A stretch of 64,000 nucleotides of DNA, taken from assembly GCA_951406725.2 (NCBI GenBank), contig OX597839.1:25854001-25918000 (forward strand), read 5' to 3'. Positions 1 through 13,652 of this stretch are shown one piece after another. Numbering within the stretch: position 1 is the stretch's first letter; the number at the start of each line of letters is the position of its first letter. The translations under genes were made by a program, and so were the position numbers. The notes beneath the pieces are model-generated. The model was not told the origin of the DNA, did not search any database, and saw only the letters and a list, made by a program, of their open reading frames with translations. The stretch is from Octopus vulgaris. Taxonomy: Eukaryota.

Positions 1-1303
1 CCTTTCATCCTTTCAGGGTCGATAAATTAAGCACCAGTGAGACACTGGGGTCCATGTAATCAACTAGTCTCCTCCCCACCAAATTTCAAGGCCTTGTGCA
101 TTCAGTAGAAAGGATTATTATTATTATTATTATTATTATCATTGAGAGAGCATCAGACACCATCAAACTCACACTGTGGTACAAATAAACAAAACCTAAT
201 ATACCCATCGTGACAACCCTTCTGATGACGGTACACACCAGGCACATGTATCACACCCAAATTTGTGTGGCGAATTGGTAATCTCATATCAAGATAAAGA
301 ATGCATGACCTTGCCGGTGGGGCCCAGTCAGAATTTTCTTCAGGTTAATTAAATAGGCCACCTTGCTTAAAAGATTTCTCAATAAAGGTTAAGAGTACTG
401 AAAGAAAAACTCATGTTTACTGGAGTGAATTATTCAAACTCCAAAGAATTCCTCTCAACGCATGGATGTGATGCTCTCCCACTTTTCCTGCTCATGATCA
501 GAGATGCACATATCGTCAGCCGCCAAGGGACATGCCCAACCGCTTACGGTCAAGCAACTGACTAGGAAATATGTGGTATTGAGCAGATATATTTTCTGTA
601 GCCCATCTTTCTGAGGTTACACCTGTGATCTAAAAAGGTAATATAAAAGGAGAAAGGGGCGCTCTACCCCCCTTTTGACCAGGCTCCTGTTGGCTTTTAT
701 GGGTTTTTTCCACCAGGAACCTTTCATAACACCTCCCCCTATTGGGAGTTTTTCGTTGTTATAATTTTGATTGTTACACTGTTTTTACACGTTTTTTTTA
801 CAAACGGACAAAACCCTTTGTAACCTTTCGTCCTGTTTTGTCCCTTTTTTGTCATAATTAATTTTTGTCAGCCCTTCTGGCCAATAAAAGAATTTATTAT
901 TATTATTATTATTGAGAATACTGTTGCATTGTTAGGAACCTTATTCTCCAAGGAGATTTTATAAGTTAAACAAAATGTTTATGACAAAATAAAGAGAAAA
1001 AAAATGTATTGAGAAGCCTCAACTATCACAAATAAGAAGAGATTAGAAACTAGATTAAAAGAATGAGATAATAAAGGATTATAAACCGTGAAAGTATATG
1101 GCCTATTCCCAAAATAAAAGAATCTTACAGGAAGGCAAAAGGTTATCTCTCTTCATAATTAAACTACAGTAAACACACACACACACAAATGCATAAAAAC
1201 ACACACACACACACGTTCACATACAAATGCATACATATATAAAAGTATACAAATACCTCTGTGTGAGTATCTACACATAGCCATATCTATATCTACACAC
1301 ATC

Positions 1304-1354
<51 letters not shown>

Positions 1355-1976
1355 GGCCTGCTCGCTTAGCCAGCGGAGTGGCGTCATTCGAAGGCTAAAA
1401 CAATGCGAATGCATTGTGACCAGTGATGTGTAACAACATCTGATGGTCTGGCCGGTCACGTGATATATATATATATATATGGTTCCGGGTTCAATCCCAC
1501 TGCGTGGCACCTTGGGCAAGTGTCTTCTACTATAGCCTCGGGCCAACCAAAGCCTTATGAGTGGATTTGGTAGACAGAATTTGAAAGAAGCCCATCGTAT
1601 ATATGCATATATATGTGTGTGTGTGTGTGTGTGTGTATGTTTGTGTGTCTGTCCCCCTAGCATTGCTTGACAACCGATGCTGGTGTGTTTATGTCCCCGT
1701 TACTTAGCGGTTCGGCAAAAGTGACCGATAGAATAAGTACTGGGCTTACAAAAGAATAAGCCCTGGGGTCGAGTTGCTCGATTAAAGGCAGTGCTCCAGC
1801 ATGGCCGTAGTCAAATGACTGAAACAAGTAAAAGAGTAAAGAGAGTATATATACACACACACACATAACATACATACCCAACATCTCTACATATGAGCAC
1901 ACACATATAGGCACAACTGTACATAAATCTACATCTATCCATCTATCTAACTATCTGTCTATTTACCTACCTGCCA

Positions 1977-2192
1977 GAGTAAGCACGTAAATGTGAAACA
2001 AGGTGGAAAAAAAAATAATACTCAAATACCGGAGGTAGAGTAACATGCTTTATCAATGAAGCTGCAAAAGCATCACAAAAACTGTTACACAGAGTTTCAC
2101 ATTCCTATTCTCAAACAAAACTCCCTGACAAATGGGAACATGAAACTCGGAGTAACAGTTTTTGTGATGCTTTTTCAGCTTTAGTAATAAAG
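1977..2192. mobile_element. Inverted-repeat element, probably Penelope-derived (second copy ~14045-14183)
   Basis: ~58-bp arms 2047-2105 / 2134-2191; 1977-2105 recurs reverse-complemented at 14045-14183. Confidence 0.55.
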
Positions 2193-2891
2193 AATACACA
2201 CACACACACACACACACACAATAACTGAATTTTGGGAAATATGTTCAGAGACCAGCAGAGTAAAAGTAGGTCAAATTTAACAAATTCAGGTCACGTTGAC
2301 CATTGAAAACAGCCAAGGATTTGATAAGCAGAAAGTGGATGTGAACCTCAGAGATGTTAAAATCAAAACTGATTTATTATTCAAACTGACTCAAGAAACT
2401 TAACAGCATTAAGGTGGTGGTGGTGGTGGTGGTCATGGTGGGGAATAAGATGGATTACTATGACTTAAAGTCTGTATACTTAGAAACAAATAATTTTTAC
2501 TGACCAACCAAAAAGCAATATCAAACTCTAAATGACCACAAGTATAATTTGAAGTAAAAAAAAAAAAAACAACCCAAAAACACAAAGAGTAAAATCTATA
2601 AATATTCAAATCTTTGCAGATCATTATTATTATTATCATTATTAATAATTTCATCATCACAGGCCCTTTTTTTTATTATTATTATTTCCTATTTTAATAA
2701 TTTAATGAATTCAAATTGGTTAACTTTAATTATTTAAATTGCTCGTAAAATATGAAACAAAAATTACGAAGACTGATAGCCCCGGAGAGGAGTTAATTAA
2801 GCTGTTTTTACTTTAATGATTTTAATTACTGATACGAAATGAAAACTTCTAGCTCCCAAGAAATATTGCAACAAAAACTTGCTTGTTTTAC

Positions 2892-2963
2892 CTCTTCTGA
2901 ATGTAGCAGTACATACATCTGATGCCTAGGTCTACCCCGGGTACAGAACGGGAAACAGAACAT
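2892..2963 (-). CDS. Candidate internal first coding exon for a kinase-less Tao isoform
   Basis: In-frame TGA two codons upstream, aaacATG, MFCFPFCTRGRPRHQMYVLLHSEE|gtaaaa (phase 0); unique sequence. Confidence 0.45.
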
Positions 2964-3579
2964 GTTTCAGTGGTGCGATGGGGTGTACTCGTAAAATCAC
3001 GGAGACAAGAACAAATCACTTGTTATCCCAAGGTTGTCTAAGTTTGTTTTAAGGACACGGACACACGGACACACACACACACAAAAACTTAGTGACAGTG
3101 ATTGAAAGAGGAGAATGAAGAGACAGAAGAGGGAAGATGAGATTAACCTCTATTTAAAACCCTAATTAATCCTATCTTCAGGCCATATAAGGATAATACG
3201 TATGAATATATATTTTCTTCAGTGTAATTATTTCTGAGGTTTGTGTCAACATTTCTCAGGCCCCCAATATGAGTCAGTGGTTGCATTTAGTCCAAGGATT
3301 TTTATAATTCCATAAAGAATTTATAAAGAGTTTTATAATATCGTACTCAGATGAATAACAATAGCGACAATAATAAATTATTATTATCTGATCTTAAGTA
3401 ACGAGTTCAAATGCAACTGACATCGACTTTGCCTTTCACCATTTGAGGATGAGATAAAATAAATACCAGCTGCGTACTGGGGTTGATGTAATTGACTTCC
3501 CCAACTGTCAAATTTCATGAGCTTGTGCCAAAATAAGAATCCTATAATAATAATAATAATAATAATCATCATCACCACC

Positions 3580-3613
<34 letters not shown>

Positions 3614-4382
3614 TCGTCATCAAGGTGGCGAGCTGGCAGAATCGTTAGCACGCTGGGTGAAATGCCGAGCAGTATTTCCACCTTTTGCTATATTCTGCGT
3701 TCAAATTCCACTAAGGTCGACTTTGCCTTTCATCTTTTCAGGGTCGATAAACTAAGTACCAGTTGAGTACAGGGGTCAATGTAATTGACTAGCCCCCTTC
3801 CTCCAAATTTCAGGCCTTGATCGAAATTGATCAACATCAATGGAAATTGTAGCTGTGATACCAATGCCGGTGGCACGTAAGAGAACCATCCGAACGTGGC
3901 CGTTGCCAGCGCCGCCCCGACTGGCCTCTGTGCCAGTGGCACATAAAATGCACCATCCAATCGTGGCCATTTGCCAGCCTCGTCTGGCACCTCTGCCGGT
4001 GGCACGTAAAAGCACCCACTACACTCACGGAGTGGTTGGTGTTAGGAAGGGCATCCAGCCGTAGAAACATTGCCAGATAAGACTGGGCCTGGTGCAGCCT
4101 TCTGGCTTCCCAGACCCCAGTTGAACCGTCCAACCCATGCCAGCATGGAAAGCGGACGCTAAACGATGATGATGATGATCATCATCATTATCATCATTAT
4201 TTTAGCTTAAAAAAAAAAGCAACTGACAATTACTTCAGCAAGCCTTAATTTAATGATATAAAAGTATTGATTTTAAAATTGATGCAATGAATATATTTTT
4301 ATCAGGCAACACAAGCAGTAACAGAAACAGATAAAGCAAGAGAAGATTTCTGAAAGACAGCCCCCACTCCTCTTCCTCTCAT

Positions 4383-4422
<40 letters not shown>

Positions 4423-4924
4423 CACATGTGCAGGAGTGGCTGTGTGGTAAGTAGCTTGCTTACCAACCACATGGTTCTGGGTTCATTCCCACTGCGTGGC
4501 ACCTTGGGCAAGTGTCTTTTACTATAGGCTCAGCCCGCCCAAAGCCTGCCTTGTGAGTGGATTTGGTAGATGGAAACTGAAAGAAGCCCGTCGTATAAAT
4601 GTATATATATGTTTGTGTGTCCGTGTTTGTCCTCCCAACATTGCTTGACAACCGATGCTGGTGTGTTTACATCTCCGTAACTTAACGGTTCGGCAAAAGA
4701 GACCGATAGAATAAAAGTAATTTGCTCGACTAAAGGTGGTGCTCCAGCATGGCCACAGTCGAATGACTGAAACAAGTAAAAAAAAGTTTTAAAAAATGTA
4801 TATGTGTGTGTGTGTGTGTGTGCCTGAACATGCATATGTCTATAAATTTTCCTCATTCGTTTATTTACTGAATGGCGTTAACGAGCAAATCATTTGGTAA
4901 AATATGCATTTTCCACGCAGGTCT

Positions 4925-5275
4925 GTCATCATCATCATTGTTGGACCGTGGTCGAGACAATGGAATTTACTATGTTACGCCAGACTTCATGGTCCATTAT
5001 AGCATTACGGAGGTCCTGTTGCTGGATGCCTGTATCCCTGGAGATTACATCAGGGTAGGAGAGTGTGCGCCCTCTGGTATTGCGAGCAGATGGCTTCCAG
5101 AGGAGAAGAGCAGAAATTGCCTCGTTTTCAGCTCTACAACAATGTCCAGCAAACTGGACTCTCCTACCTTTCACAAGAGATGACACAGGTGGCAGTTTCC
5201 CATATATTTGCATTTTGGTTGGATGGCGCTTCCACGAGAGATTTTGAGCTCTCATAAGGAGGCGAGTGCAGGTCT
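4925..5275 (-). mobile_element. RTE LINE 3' end with (GAT)n tail
   Basis: TRLLMRAQNLSWKRHPT...RRVQFAGHC...LLLWKP...WRNIV; same family as 26605-27048. Confidence 0.85.
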
Positions 5276-5647
5276 GTAATTGTTTCTCCAATTTGTTTCT
5301 GAGTAATTCCCGGAAATGCCATTATCACCGATATACAAATTTATGACCCTTGATTTGAAACTAACTTGATAAGAGCCAATACAAGCTACTGACACTCCAT
5401 TGCAGTTAGGCAACCAAGATGCACTTGAAATGTCCCCTGCTGTGTTCCAAATAACGGCAACGATGAAACATATGGACAAAGTATTTATACTGAGGCTTAT
5501 CTTAATTTTCAACTATATCTATCTATGTATCATAGATAGATATAGTGGCATCTTGGGCAAGTGTCTTCTGCTATAGCCTCGGGCCGACCAAAGCCTTGTG
5601 AGTGGATTTGGTAGACGGAAACTGAAAGAAGCCCATCGTATATATGC

Positions 5648-5691
<44 letters not shown>

Positions 5692-8675
5692 TTGTGTGTC
5701 TGTGTTTGTCCCCCTAGCATTGCTTTACAACCGATGCTGGTGTGTTTACGTCTCCGTTCCTTAGCAGTTCAGCAAAAGAGACCGATAGAATAAGTACTGG
5801 GCTTACAAAGCATAAGTCCTGGGGTCGATTTGCTCGACTAAAGGTGGTGCTCCAGCATGGTCGCAGTCAAATGACTGAAACAAGTAAAAGAGTAAAGAGA
5901 GAGTATCTCATCATTTAACAACAGTTTTCCATACTGGCTTCTTTCAGTTTCCATCTACCAAATCCACTCACAAAGCAGGCTTTGGTCGGCCTGAGGCTAT
6001 AGTAAAAGACACTTGCCCAATGAACCCGGAACCATGTGGTTGGACGGTTTGACTGAAAATTGATAAGTTGGGGAGCTGCACTAGGTTCCAATCGGATTTG
6101 GCATGGTTTCTGCAGCTGGATGCCCTTCCTAATGCCAACCACTCTAAGAGTGTAGTGGGCGCTTTCTATGTGCCACTGGTATGATTGCCGGTTATGTGCC
6201 ACTGGTATTGGCCACAACTATGTTCTCACATGGCTTCACAAATCTTCTCAAGCATGGTATATCGTCAAAGGTCTTGGTTACTTGTCACTGCCTCCATGAG
6301 GCCCAATGTTCAACGGGTGGTTTTTACATACCACCGGCACGGGGGGAACCAACTCTGCACACCGGCATCAGCCATGACGTTGATCTCACTTGGTTTGACA
6401 GGTCTTCTCGAGCACGGTATATTGCCAAAGGTTTTGGTCACTTGTCACTGCCTCCGTGAGGCCCAACATTTAAGGGGTGCTATTTAAGTGCCACCGGTAC
6501 AGGTACCAGTTACACGACACTGACATCGGCCATGACGACATTTTCACTTGGCTTGAAGGGTCTTCTCAAGCACGGCATATTGCCCATCATTTGAAGGGTG
6601 CCTTTTATGTGCTAGTTCCACAAAACTGGCACCTGTACCAATGGCATGCATGGGCAAAGTATTTTAACCGTGGGTGTATGTCATCATCATCATTTAGCGT
6701 CCGTTTTCCATGCTGGCATGGGTTGGAAGGCTTCATCAGGCCCAGTCTGATCTGGCAGTGTTTCTACGGCTGGATGCCCTTCCTAACGCCAACCATTCCG
6801 TGAGTGTAGTGGGTGCTTTTTACGTGCCACCCGCACAGGTGCCAGACAGAGCTGGCAAACGGCCACGAACGGATGGTGCTTTTACGTGTCACCGGCACGG
6901 GGGCCAGGCGAGGCTGGCAACGGACACGAACAGATGGTGCTTTTACGTGCCACCAACATGGGGGCCAGACAGAGCTGGCAAACGGCCATGAAACAGATGG
7001 TGCTTTTACATGTCACCGGCACGGGGGCCAGACAGAGCTGGCAAACGGCCATGAACGGATGGTGCTTTTACGTGTCACCTTTTATGTGTGTAAAATTATT
7101 TGAAATAAAAATTCTATTCCCTCTACCATATTATTATATGTGATTTTATCTATTACTAAGCAATAACACATTAACATAAGTACCCAGAATACCCTGACCC
7201 ACTATTCTCATATGATTCTAAAGATTTCTCATTCCAAGACATTCGAAAGTTATAAGATAATGATTTAATATCTAGTGGTGCAGATCTGGTTGCCTTCCTT
7301 CGATTCAACGACAGATTTTGATTCAAACTAACTTTGGTCCAGTTTATTTTGAGGAAAACATGTCTCACTTTCATAAACTGCTTAATTTATATCTCTTGGA
7401 TTATGCTATCCTGATGATTTCAAAAGAGAATGAAATGGTGCTAATCACGATTACTTAAGATTAGAAATTTCAAGACTTTTGTAATATGTAAGCAAAAAAA
7501 TAAATGAAAAATAAAAATTGTACATTCTATGATCTTTCTTCTTTACTCCCTAATTTCAAATTTCTAATCCCACCAAATATTACAACGAAATGATTATCTC
7601 CCTTGTGATGTTGGCTAAGGTACACACCTGTTTAAGCATCTCGCTTGAAAACCAGAGATGGAAAATACAAATATTTCTATTCGAGACAGAAGGTGACATA
7701 TCACAGCAAAAGGACAGCAGCTAAATTAATTGTCATCCTGACACTACATAGTCATCATGCAACTAAACTCTCTCAAGTTACTCACAAATTACTCATCAAC
7801 CCCAGAATGTAACTGGTATTTATTTCATCAACCTCGAAAGGATGAAAGGCAAAGTTGACCTCTGTGGAATTTGAACTCAAAATGTAAAGCTGGAAGAAGT
7901 GCTGCTAAGCAATTAGTCCAGTGTGCTAACGAGTCTAACAACTTGCCATCTTAATAATTATGGTTTCAAATTTTGGTGCAGGGCCAGCAGTTTTTGAGAG
8001 GAGGACAAGGCAGCGAGCTGGCATAATAGTTAGCACGCCGGGAAAAATGCGTAGCCGTATTTTGTCTGCCGTTACATTCTGAGTTCAAATTTCGCCGAGG
8101 TCGACTTTGCCATTCATCCTTTCGAGGTCAATAAATTAAGTAGCAGTTACGCACTGGGGTCGATGTAATCGACTTAATCCGTTTGTCTGTCCTTGTTTGT
8201 CCCCTCTGTGTTTAGCCCCTTGTGGGTAGTAAAGAAATAGTTTTTGAGAGGAGGGGACATGGCAATTACATTATCCCAGTATACAAGTGGCACTTATTTT
8301 TCAATTCCCTGTGGATGAAGAGCAAAGTCGACACTAGTGGAATTTGAACCCAGAACATAAAGTCAAACAAAATGCCACCAAGTGGTTTGTTGGGGAGCTA
8401 AGAATTCTGCCAGCCCGTTGCTTTAATGATGATGATTATAATCCTTTCTACTATAGATACGAATCCTGAAATTTGGGGGCAGGGAGATAGTCGATTACAT
8501 TGGCCCCCCCCAATACTCAACTGGTACTTAATTTACCAACCCTGAAAGGTTGAAAGGCAAAGTTGACCTTGGCGGAATTTAAACTCAGAATGTAAAGATG
8601 GACAAAATATAAGGAGGGCTTGTTGATGCCTTAAACCTGAGACAGGAACTACCGACACTCCAAAGGATGAATTTC

Positions 8676-8687
8676 AATAACAACAAC

Positions 8688-8727
<40 letters not shown>

Positions 8728-8730
8728 GTA

Positions 8731-8781
<51 letters not shown>

Positions 8782-8818
8782 GTAATAGTAATAATAATGA
8801 TAATGATGATGATAATGA
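8676..8818. repeat. (TAA)n trinucleotide microsatellite
   Basis: Directly visible. Confidence 0.95.
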
Positions 8819-9664
8819 AAACATGTTTTAAAAATTAAAATTGTCCAATAATTCTGCACCAAGATTTAAAAATAAACCATGCAAGTCCAAATTGAAAGTG
8901 GGGAGAGAGAGAGAGAGAGAAGGGGAGAGAGTTTCAGATATATTGTGCGTGCTGTATGATTTCAAAAAAAAAAAAAAAAAGGGCAAAAGGAAAAAAGAAA
9001 AAGAAAAGAAAAACAATAACAAAAAACCAAAATCCAAATGATCAAATAATGTGACTAACAAAGACTGAGCAAAAAGGTACACAGCATATCAATCATCATC
9101 AATCATCGTCATAGCAATAATGCAGGCTGGTGGTAGGACATTTCAAGAGTGATTCAACAAGCTAACAGAAAAAAAGGGTTTAGGACAGGTTTAGTTATTA
9201 TTTAAAAAAATTTTTTGGTTCTTTTCTCACTTCTTCAGTAGAATTAGCAACAGAAAATAAAGGTAGATTCCGGCCCCTTTTATTTTTTTTATTTGTTCAT
9301 TTATTCATTTAGGGTGTAAATTAATATAAAACTTAAATTTAGAGAATATTATGAAATAATATTTAACACAGACTAAGACAAAGGCCTGATGTTAAACAGT
9401 GAGTTGGAATTTAAAATCAAAGCTATAAAATATTAACTAACCATTAGAAAGTATATAAGTATATATATAATGCCATGATAGATCGCTAGCCACTAAACCC
9501 TTTTCTATTTTCTCTCCCTGTTTATTTCTGTGTTCCTTTCTGCTGAAGAGCATAGGCTCAAAACGTAAAAGACTTTCTCACTTCCCAAGCATTAAACTAA
9601 TACACCTGTTTGTTGTTTATACACCTGTCTTCGTCTTTTGTTTTTTTTTGTAAATTCTCACTAC

Positions 9665-9725
<61 letters not shown>

Positions 9726-9934
9726 CATACACACACACACACAAATACATGCACACAGAAATATGTGTGAGTGTGCATAGGCTCGAAACATTAAAGACTT
9801 TTTCACTTCCCAAGCGTTAAACTAATACATCTGTTTGTTGTCTACACCACCTGTCTTCGTCTTTTGTTTTTTTGTGAATTCTCCCTATATACGTGTGTGT
9901 GTGTGTGTGTGTGTGTGCATATGTATGTGTGTAT

Positions 9935-10790
9935 ATGCTCTAATAACTGAGTCACTATCAGAACTAGAGAAGTTTCAGGTGTGGAAGCAAGGTCTAGAAT
10001 CGAAGGGCCTTAGAGTCTATCTAGCAAAAACCGAAGTCCTAATAAGCAGGAAGGCAGACAAACCACAAATCTCTTCAGGTAGATGGCCCTGCTTGATCTG
10101 TAGAAAAGGCGTAGGTAGAAACTCCATAAGACGTGCCCAGCGTAAGCTATGGACGCATAAGAGGTGCAGCAATATCAATGGAAGGCTAACTGGGAAGATA
10201 AATTTTGTGTGTGGCAAATGCTCAAGGGCAATAACACTGAAAATGTGCAGGAAACAGCCTCCAAGGGGAAAAACTACTAGTAGTTGATAGCTTCCGTTAC
10301 CTTGGTGAGCAAGTCAGTAGCGGGCGTTGCTCTGAGAGTGTAGCTGCTAGAATAAAAATAGCCTGGGCAAAGTTCAGAGAGCTCTTACCTCTGCTGGTGA
10401 CAAAGGGCCTCTCGCTCAGAGTAAAAGGTAGACTGTATGACGCATGTGTACGAACAGCCATGCTACATGGCAGTGAAACATGGGCTGTGACTGCTGAGGA
10501 CATGCATAAGCTCGCAAGGAATGAAGCCAGCATGATCCGATGGATGTGTAATGTCAGTGTGCATACTCGACAGAGTGTAAGTGCCTTGAGAGAAAAGTTG
10601 GACCTAAGAAGCATCAGATGTGGTGTGCAAGAGAGATGATTGCACTGGTATGGTCATGTGGCGAGAATGGATGAGGACAGCTGTGTGAAAAAGTGCCACA
10701 CCCTAGCGGTTGAGGGAACCCGTGGAAGAGGCAGATCAAGGAAGACCTGGGATGAGGTTGTGAAGCACGACCTTCGAATGCTGAGCTCGA
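9935..10790 (+). mobile_element. RTE-clade LINE fragment (RT C-terminal region with PHD-like zinc finger), frameshifted
   Basis: WKQGLESKGLRV.LAKT..., CLIC...HKRC...CGKC, F.YLG, KGRLYDACVRTAMLHGSETW, WYGHVARM, GR..KTW motifs broken by frameshifts and stops. Confidence 0.85.
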
Positions 10791-13608
10791 CAGCATAAAA
10801 AGACAGGTATTTTAGATGCATATCAGCAGTGCATATTTGGGAAACATTTCGATTCCCAGACCGGGCGTTGTGAGTGTTTATTGAGCGAAAACACCTAAAG
10901 CTCCACGACGCTCCGGCAGGGGATGGTGGTGATCCCTGCTGTACTCTTTCACCACAACTTTCTCTCACTCTTACTTCCTGTTTCTGTTGTACCTGTATTT
11001 CAAAGGGCCGGCCTTGTCACTCTCTGTGTAACGCTGAATATCCCCGAGAACTATGTTAAGGGTGCACGTGTCTGTGGAGTGCTCAGCCACTTACACGTTA
11101 ATTTCACGAGCAGGCTGTTCCGTTGATCGGATCAACCGGAACCCTCGTCGTCGGAACCGACGGAGTGCTTCCATATCCATATATGGGAAACAAAAATGGT
11201 TTGTAATGCATCAAAGCCTAAAATAAAGGCCCATCTTTGAATGAAGAATTCAAAGTCACATTCTAAGACCGTGAATCCTCTATGTCATCACATATGGTGT
11301 ATGTACGAGTGTGTGTATGTATATATATATATATATATATACATATCTAATCTAATATCCGTTCAGTCGAAGTCGACTCTCGGTTACTCGATGGATCAGT
11401 ATATACATACATATATATATATATATATGTAGGGGGAGAGAGAGAGAGATAAATCCGAGTGGATGAGAGATTATGGTAGGTCAAGTTCCTTTATCATGGG
11501 AAAACAAAACACATAAAAGTACTCTTTTGCAAATACTGCTTTTCATTGGATTGTAATATTGGATCGCTTGAAACCTAACATCTTGAACTTTTTATGTATT
11601 TTGTATTCCTATGATAATCTCTCATCCACTTTGATTTTTGTGAGACACACACACACACACACACACACATACATACATAGATATTATCCAAGCCCTATAT
11701 CTTTAAATTATACTACATTTCTGTACTTTTCTCTATGATTAATGTTGCTAGGTGATACAAAATATTTCTTTCCAGTTGTTTAAGCTTTGTTCTGCAGCAG
11801 AAAAACTCTCCATTCATCAAGAATGGTGAATCCAGGAGTAAATTTGTTTATTTTTTTTTTGTCTTTTGTTTTTTGCGGCACCCTGTATAACCTCAATGTT
11901 TGGCGGGTGGAAGAAGTGATGCTGGTAGTGGTGGTGGTGGTGGGGGGGAGCAACACAGCACGAATATGACAGAAGTCAAAATAAAATGTTTTTCCATTTC
12001 CTCTTGGTGTATCTTATTCCCCTGCGACAAACAGACTCTTCTCTGTTATCATCGAGCAGTGAAAATGGTTGAAGAGGGTTATTTTAACCAAGTAAGTTAC
12101 TTGTGAAGATCAGGACAAAGTTCAGAAGAAAGAGATGTCAAAGAAGAAAACACTGCATGGGAAGAAACACAACTGAAGATTGAAGAAATGCAAAAAATAT
12201 GAATGAACATGTATATACATAAAGAGAGAGAGAGAGAGAGAGAGAGAGAAGTATTTCTTTCTTGGAACGTGATACTCGAAGCAGATAAAGCTATAAACAA
12301 TAGCATGTGAATATTGGTTTCAAATTTTGGCACAAGGCCAGCAGTTTCAGGGAGTGGGCTGGTCAAATACATTGACCCCAGTGTTCAGCTGGTACTTTAT
12401 TTTATCGACCCTGAAAGGATAAAGAGCAAAGTCGACCTAGACGAATTAGACGATGAGGGAACCACCATCCCCTGCCGGAGCCTAGTGGAGCTTTAGGTGT
12501 TTTTGCTCAATAAACACTCATAATGCCCGGTCTGGGAATCGAAACCATGATCCTCCGACCGCGAGTCCGCTGCCCTAACCACTGGGCCATTGCGCCTCCA
12601 CAGACGAATTAGAAATCAAAACACAAAAATGGGCAAAATCCTAAGCAGTGTTTTTGCCTGGCATGCTAACAATTCTGCCAGTTTGCCACCTTGGCAGATA
12701 TAAACATTGGCTTTGTCTTGTCTTCCCACTCATCATCATCAGCATCTGCTTTCCATGCTGGCATGGGTTGGACGGGTTTGACTGAAACTAGTAAGCAGGA
12801 GAGCTACACCAAGCTCCAGTCTGATTTGGCATGGTTTCTATGACCAGATGCCCTTCCTAATGCCAACCACTCCTAGAGTGTAATAGGCGCTTTTTACATG
12901 CCATAACTATGATTTCACAGGTGCCATTTACTTGACACTGGCAACGAACCTTGACTATAATTTTACTTGGCTCGACGAGGCCACCAAAGGTCTCGGTCAC
13001 TTGTCATCACCTCCGTGAAGCCCAACAGTTGAAAATCATGCTACCGGCAACAGCCAGTTCAGTTTCCATCGAGGCCAATTTTGCGCCTGTCATCCTTTCA
13101 AGGTCAATGAAATAGGTACCAGTTAAACAATGGGGCCCATCTAATCAACTTACCCACCACCCCAAAATTGCTGGCCAGCCATGTGCTAAATTTGAAATCA
13201 TTATTTACACCTTTTGTCTGCTTCGAGTTTCAGCATTCTCTAAAAAAAAAGAATTATTTCACGTTCTCCCAAAGTTTCTAAATTCTCATGATGTCAATAG
13301 AAAGATGTATTCGAACCAAGCAACAAATTCGTTTGGAAAACAATAACTCAGCATTTTCCTCCACACATTATGATACAATGTAAACAAAACAAGAAAACAA
13401 AAAAGAAAAAAAAGACAACAACTTATTAATGACATTTTGAAGGAATAATAAAAAAAAGAAAACGTGACAAAATATGGAAATATGAACTGATAGGAACAAG
13501 AAAAAGGTGAAGAAGAACAATAAAAAAATGTTTGTAAATGCTGTGAAATAATAGCAAAAGAGAACAAGTGCTGCCGGCAGATGTTGTTGTTGCAAGCTCA
13601 TTATTTGG

Positions 13609-13652
<44 letters not shown>

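Noticed and set aside
5252-5512. 86-aa ORF with signal-peptide-like N-terminus
   Set aside because: Starts at a non-ATG codon, runs into an RTE remnant, and has no recognisable domain
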